From Planctomycetota bacterium (GTDB lineage: Bacteria > Planctomycetota > B15-G4): DNA of 64,000 nucleotides. A model generated the notes under the pieces. That model did no database searches. It saw only the letters and a program-made list of their open reading frames with translations, and was not told the DNA's origin. The stretch is taken from positions 4,192,001 through 4,256,000 of the forward strand of contig CBDFJQ010000002.1 of assembly GCA_965248575.1 (NCBI GenBank), in the 5' to 3' direction. Below, in pieces: positions 59,840-64,000 of this stretch; positions within the stretch are counted from its first letter, which is position 1, and every line of letters starts with the position of its first letter. The translations under genes and the position numbers were made by a program.

Positions 59840-61702
59840 ATGATGGATTCCCCGCGACCAAGAGTTGCTGAGCTCGGGCGCCGCCGTTGGCAGAGCGTCA
59901 TCGCCCTGGTGGCGGTGTTGACGGTCCTCGTGGTGGGGATCACGGGGCACAAGCAGATCGTGCTCGTGATTCCACGCGCCGACGCCTTGGGGATGTCCTC
60001 TGATTTTGATGTGGGTTTCGCGAGCCTGCGTGCCTTGATCGAGCAAGCACACGATGTCGAGTTGCGATCTCCCGGCGAGCTTGCGTTGCTGGATGGGCAG
60101 GGTTCCTGGTCGACCGTCTCGCGAGAGGCCGCGATGTTGCGCCTCGTGCGTTCGGACGGGCGGGTGGAGAACCTGGCCTGGGGAGTCCAAGAACTCGCCT
60201 TCAAGCTCCGACACCACCGCAGCCTGGTTGATGCGCCGGCCGAGGCGCTCAGCGGGGAACTCTGTCAGGCACCCAGGCCCACAGGTGTGGCCCGTGCGCT
60301 CGTGATGGCCGCGGGACAGGACGTCGCGCTGGGTTTCACGCTGCTGGCGGAGGGCCTGCCTGAGCGCAAGACGGTCCCGGAGGCGGATGAAGAAGTCCTG
60401 AGCGCCGTGCCGCAGCTGTTGAAGATCCGTGCTGGACGCATCCAGGGTCACACGCAGGAGTTCTGTCACCTGCACGCGGAAGCGCCTCACGTCAGCGATC
60501 ACTCGGCTGAAGGCGGGCGCCTGCGCGTCGAGCTGTTCGAGGCGCGCTACCCGGGTGACGCTCGGCCGGTTGGCCAGGGGCTGGCCGCCTTGGAACTGCC
60601 CATGTCCCAGCTTCCGGCTGCGCCCTACAACTGGTTCGACGCGGGGGACCAAGAGGAGGTCCTGCCGCCGGAGGTGCTCGACCCGCGACGGGGCGTGGCC
60701 TGGGATTGGTGGAAGCGGCACGCGGACGTCGTGTTGAACGTCACACCCACCTTGGAAGAGGTCACCCTCGACCTGGCATCGCTACGCCATGAGTTGCAAC
60801 CCGGGCGTGCGTACACTTTGGTCCTGACGGCCCAAGGGCACGACCTGTTGGTGCTGGAGGCGGCGGATCCCGAAGCGGGTGCGGCGAGTGCGTTCGAGGC
60901 GAGCACGCTCTTTCCCGTGGCTCGCCGCGAACAGGCCCTCGATCGTTGGTGTGTCGACGACCTTCAGGTGTGGCGGTCGCTGAAAGGCACGCAGTTCTTG
61001 AGCACGACCCAGGAGCTGATGCTTCCCGAACGTGTGGAAGTCCGCCTTGAGTTGGCTGGTGGCATGGCCCTGGACGCTTCCCTGCCCACACGGGGCGGTG
61101 GGGGTGAGCTGGATGGCCTGCGGCGGGTGAACGAGACCCGGAGGGCGCGGGTGGCCCTGGGGGACGCTTTGCAGCAATCGTCCATCGAGGGCCGGCTTGC
61201 GAGTTGGATGGCTGAGAATCCGGAGGCGCCCGTATTGCGCTACTCCGGCCAGAGCCTGTTGCAGGACGCTGAACTCTGGGGCCTGCTGGTGGTGGAGCCT
61301 GGAGCCCACCTCTATCTGGACAACGTGGTGCTGCACGGAGCCGTGGTCTCTTCCGGTGCGCTTCCGGGTGCGGACGTTGCACGGGGCCCGAACGGTCCGA
61401 CGGTGACCGTGGATGGGTCGGTCCAGATCGACTCCATGGGTGCCGTGAAGGGTGTCGCGGTCTACCTGCCGGATGGCCGGTTCGAGATCCGGGGCGAGGA
61501 GGGTGTTGCTGCTGGCATGAGCCAGCGCACGCCCAAGGTGCAGATCGATGGCGACCTGCTGGCTCGCGAGCTGGAGCTCGGAGGCCAGGGCAGCGTCTGG
61601 GGCCAGCTGGCTTCGGAGATGCTGCCGGTCTGCGGACCGGGAATCGTCCAGCCCCGCCTTCAACGCCTGCGCCAGCTGCGAACTCCCGGGCTCGAGCGCT
61701 GA
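59840..61702 (+). CDS. Membrane-anchored hypothetical protein with a possible C-terminal beta-helix
   Basis: Single N-terminal TM; high-GC3 frame; C-terminal repeats V.[VI]DG..., VVLHGAVV. Confidence 0.6.
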   Translation: MMDSPRPRVAELGRRRWQSVIALVAVLTVLVVGITGHKQIVLVIPRADALGMSSDFDVGFASLRALIEQAHDVELRSPGELALLDGQGSWSTVSREAAMLRLVRSDGRVENLAWGVQELAFKLRHHRSLVDAPAEALSGELCQAPRPTGVARALVMAAGQDVALGFTLLAEGLPERKTVPEADEEVLSAVPQLLKIRAGRIQGHTQEFCHLHAEAPHVSDHSAEGGRLRVELFEARYPGDARPVGQGLAALELPMSQLPAAPYNWFDAGDQEEVLPPEVLDPRRGVAWDWWKRHADVVLNVTPTLEEVTLDLASLRHELQPGRAYTLVLTAQGHDLLVLEAADPEAGAASAFEASTLFPVARREQALDRWCVDDLQVWRSLKGTQFLSTTQELMLPERVEVRLELAGGMALDASLPTRGGGGELDGLRRVNETRRARVALGDALQQSSIEGRLASWMAENPEAPVLRYSGQSLLQDAELWGLLVVEPGAHLYLDNVVLHGAVVSSGALPGADVARGPNGPTVTVDGSVQIDSMGAVKGVAVYLPDGRFEIRGEEGVAAGMSQRTPKVQIDGDLLARELELGGQGSVWGQLASEMLPVCGPGIVQPRLQRLRQLRTPGLER

Positions 61703-61757
61703 GCCGCGCGGCCGCTCTCGCGCATTGGTCGTTCCTGCGCCGTGCTGGTCGAGCTGC

Positions 61758-63794
61758 CTAGAACAAGTCCAGCGAGGTCGGCGCGAGGATTCGAGCCGTT
61801 CCGCGAGGCGTGCGCGCCTTGGTCTTCAGGGAGAAGGGACCGCCGCTGCCCTCGAGCCCGAGCACCTCGACAATATAGGTGCCGGTCACCGGAACGATCA
61901 GTTTCTGGATGCGATCGGGCGCCGGGCTGACACCGTCCAGGGAGAGTTCTGCTCCGTCGGGGTCCAGCACCCGCAACGCGGCTTGCAGGTCGCTGCCCTT
62001 GAGCGGGCGGGCGCGCAGGGTCAGCCGGCTGCCGGCGCTCAAATCCACGGAGACGCGCACGGCGATGGACGCTGGCGCCCCCTCCTGTGTGGTGACTTCG
62101 CCGAGCACTTTGTTGCCTGGCAGGAAGGGGACCGGTGGATCACCAGCGAGACCCGCGACCACAGCGCCTTTGCCAGCAGCCGTCCGGACTTTGGTGCGCA
62201 GGGTGTACCGGCCGGCGTCCGCGAACTGCGAGAGCCCCGTTCCGAGAGTGAGCACATAGCTCCCGGTGTCCGGCAGGGAGAACTTGCGCAGTCGTGCTGT
62301 CCGCCCGAGCCCGTCATCCGCTTCCGGTGGAAGGGGCACGAGGCCGCTCGGGGCGGTCAAGCTGAAGCCTGGAGAGAACTTGTTGGAACCCACGGACTTC
62401 ATGCTGAGGGTGAGCTGGGATCCGGCAATCGCTTCAAAGCGGACGATGTCTACGGCTCCTACCGTCAGTTCGTCGCGCAAACGATCTCCGAGCCGGATGA
62501 ACCACGGGTCGCCACCAAAGAGGACGCGACCGGTGCTCGGGAGGGTTGGCAGGGCAGACGAGAGCTGATGCAGGCCAAGCAGGAGGTCGTCGTAGCCATC
62601 GCCGTTGACGTCGCCGGCCGGCGCGACCGCGGCTCTCAGCACGGCATGCGGGGCGCCGAGGAACTGGCCCAGTCGCAACAGGGTTCCCGTGGCGCCCGAG
62701 TAGACGGCGTAGCCTCCCACGAAGTCCTTCAGGGTGGCGGCCAGGATGTCCGGGTGTCCGTCCCCGTCCACATCGCCTGCGGCGGCGACATCGACGAGCG
62801 TGGGGATGTATGGGTTAAAGACCGAGGGGATCAGTTCGAGCTCATCGATCAGCTGCCCATCGGGCCCCGCGAAGATGCCGATGCGTGGCAGGGGCTCGTC
62901 CCGCAGCAGGACGGCGATGTCGCCCAGGCCATCCCCGTTCATGTCACCGGGCGCATCCATGGAGAGGTCGAGCTGCAGGTTGCCGGGGCCTGCTGCGACC
63001 GTGAACAACTCGAGTCCGTCGGCACCTGAGACGACGCGCGCGGAGCGCTCCAACTCGGGTGCTTGGGTGTCCAGCAGGCTGATCAGGATGTCGGGAGTAC
63101 CGTCGCCATCCACGTCACCGGCCCCGCGCACGAGCTGGCCGATGGCGGTGGGCGGGAGGGACTCCTTGATGTCCAGCAAGACGCCGCCCGTGGCGCCGGA
63201 GTGCACTCGCACGCGACTGACCCCGGGGCTGCCCACTCCAAAGTCAGCGTGCCCATCTCCGTTGATGTCGCCCACGCCATGAACCGAGAAACCGGTTTCG
63301 TCGCCAGCGAGATCCCCCAGGATTTGCAGCAAGGTTGTTCCCTTGGAGCCGGAGACGGCGAGCACGCGGCCCACCTGTCCGTCGCCGGTGAGGAAACCCG
63401 GTTCTCCGATGAGGATGTCATCGAAGCCGTCGTTGTTGATATCGCCTGCAGGCCCCACGGACTGGCCGAAGCCCTTGCTCGGATCGCCGGTGAACTGCAG
63501 CAGCACGCTGCCATCAGATCCCGAACGAACCGTCACGGTTCCGCTCGACTGCGAGCCCACGAGGATGTCGTCACGCCCGTCCTTGTTGATGTCCCCAGCG
63601 GAGAGCAACACGTCTTGCAAGAAGCTGGGCTGACCCGTCAGCACGATGCCGGTGTCCAGACTCATCCGCCAGGAGATGGAGTCGTCGGGGCCCAGCTGGC
63701 CGCCGAAGTCGCCCTGGGCCCAGGTGGCGGCGAGCCCAGCCAGAAGCATGCCGCTGGTGAGGAGACGAAGCGTCGGTCGGGTGCTCATGGGCAT
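61758..63794 (-). CDS. Secreted FG-GAP repeat protein with two C-terminal PPC-like beta-sandwich domains
   Basis: Signal peptide; seven [AVP]GD[IVM][ND]-x-DG-x-x-D repeats; DTGSYVLTL and VTGTYIVEV motifs. Confidence 0.85.
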   Translation of the reverse strand: MPMSTRPTLRLLTSGMLLAGLAATWAQGDFGGQLGPDDSISWRMSLDTGIVLTGQPSFLQDVLLSAGDINKDGRDDILVGSQSSGTVTVRSGSDGSVLLQFTGDPSKGFGQSVGPAGDINNDGFDDILIGEPGFLTGDGQVGRVLAVSGSKGTTLLQILGDLAGDETGFSVHGVGDINGDGHADFGVGSPGVSRVRVHSGATGGVLLDIKESLPPTAIGQLVRGAGDVDGDGTPDILISLLDTQAPELERSARVVSGADGLELFTVAAGPGNLQLDLSMDAPGDMNGDGLGDIAVLLRDEPLPRIGIFAGPDGQLIDELELIPSVFNPYIPTLVDVAAAGDVDGDGHPDILAATLKDFVGGYAVYSGATGTLLRLGQFLGAPHAVLRAAVAPAGDVNGDGYDDLLLGLHQLSSALPTLPSTGRVLFGGDPWFIRLGDRLRDELTVGAVDIVRFEAIAGSQLTLSMKSVGSNKFSPGFSLTAPSGLVPLPPEADDGLGRTARLRKFSLPDTGSYVLTLGTGLSQFADAGRYTLRTKVRTAAGKGAVVAGLAGDPPVPFLPGNKVLGEVTTQEGAPASIAVRVSVDLSAGSRLTLRARPLKGSDLQAALRVLDPDGAELSLDGVSPAPDRIQKLIVPVTGTYIVEVLGLEGSGGPFSLKTKARTPRGTARILAPTSLDLF

Positions 63795-63967
63795 GTGGTC
63801 TCTCGGGTCAGGCGTGCTGCGCAGGAGGCTCGGGGTCTCTCCCCCAACGCTATGACTGCCTTAGTGGAGAACGCAGGCTGGAGCTGGGCCGAACGGATGG
63901 AGTACAAACTTCGCTCGACGTGCAGCGCTGGATTCAGCTGACGACCTCTTACCAACAGGATCATGGC

Positions 63968-64000
63968 ATGGAACTCTCAGAAGCCATTCGCGCACGCGGG
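63968..64000 (+). CDS. 5' end of a CDS truncated by the window (MELSEAIRARG..., possibly nitroreductase-like)
   Basis: AGGA 7 nt upstream of ATG; only 11 codons visible. Confidence 0.3.
   Translation, partial: MELSEAIRARG

Overview
High-GC bacterial chromosomal window with about 42 complete CDS, two CDS fragments at the edges and one tRNA-Val(TAC). I found no integrase, transposase or CRISPR array. Lipoproteins, a beta-barrel protein and an amidase indicate a diderm; a Planctomycetota-like lineage is only my inference from protein style. Most genes are housekeeping or metabolic: gltX, an RlmB-type methylase, fadN-fadA-dienoyl reductase-gpx, a pfkB kinase, a hybrid histidine kinase, nhaP, htrA, ugd, glgC, ppk1, sixA and acs. 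The standout is a four-gene minus-strand operon (13298 to 5343). It encodes (1) a membrane ferredoxin / permuted TrxR-like NAD(P)H flavoprotein / di-heme-b-like fusion, (2) a 26-heme periplasmic cytochrome c, (3) an outer-membrane beta-barrel and (4) a 19-heme lipoprotein cytochrome. Together these look like a self-contained electron conduit from cytoplasmic NAD(P)H to the cell surface, preceded by a leader with competing hairpins. The second highlight is a conserved ~120-aa C-terminal domain shared by two unrelated secreted proteins (an FG-GAP protein and an amidase), a candidate sorting or anchoring domain. Also notable: an active/inactive pair of giant TPR-transglutaminase-like proteins, a CSAD-like decarboxylase and a Cys-rich YbjQ mini-operon. 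All calls rest on motif recognition by eye; no database searches were run.
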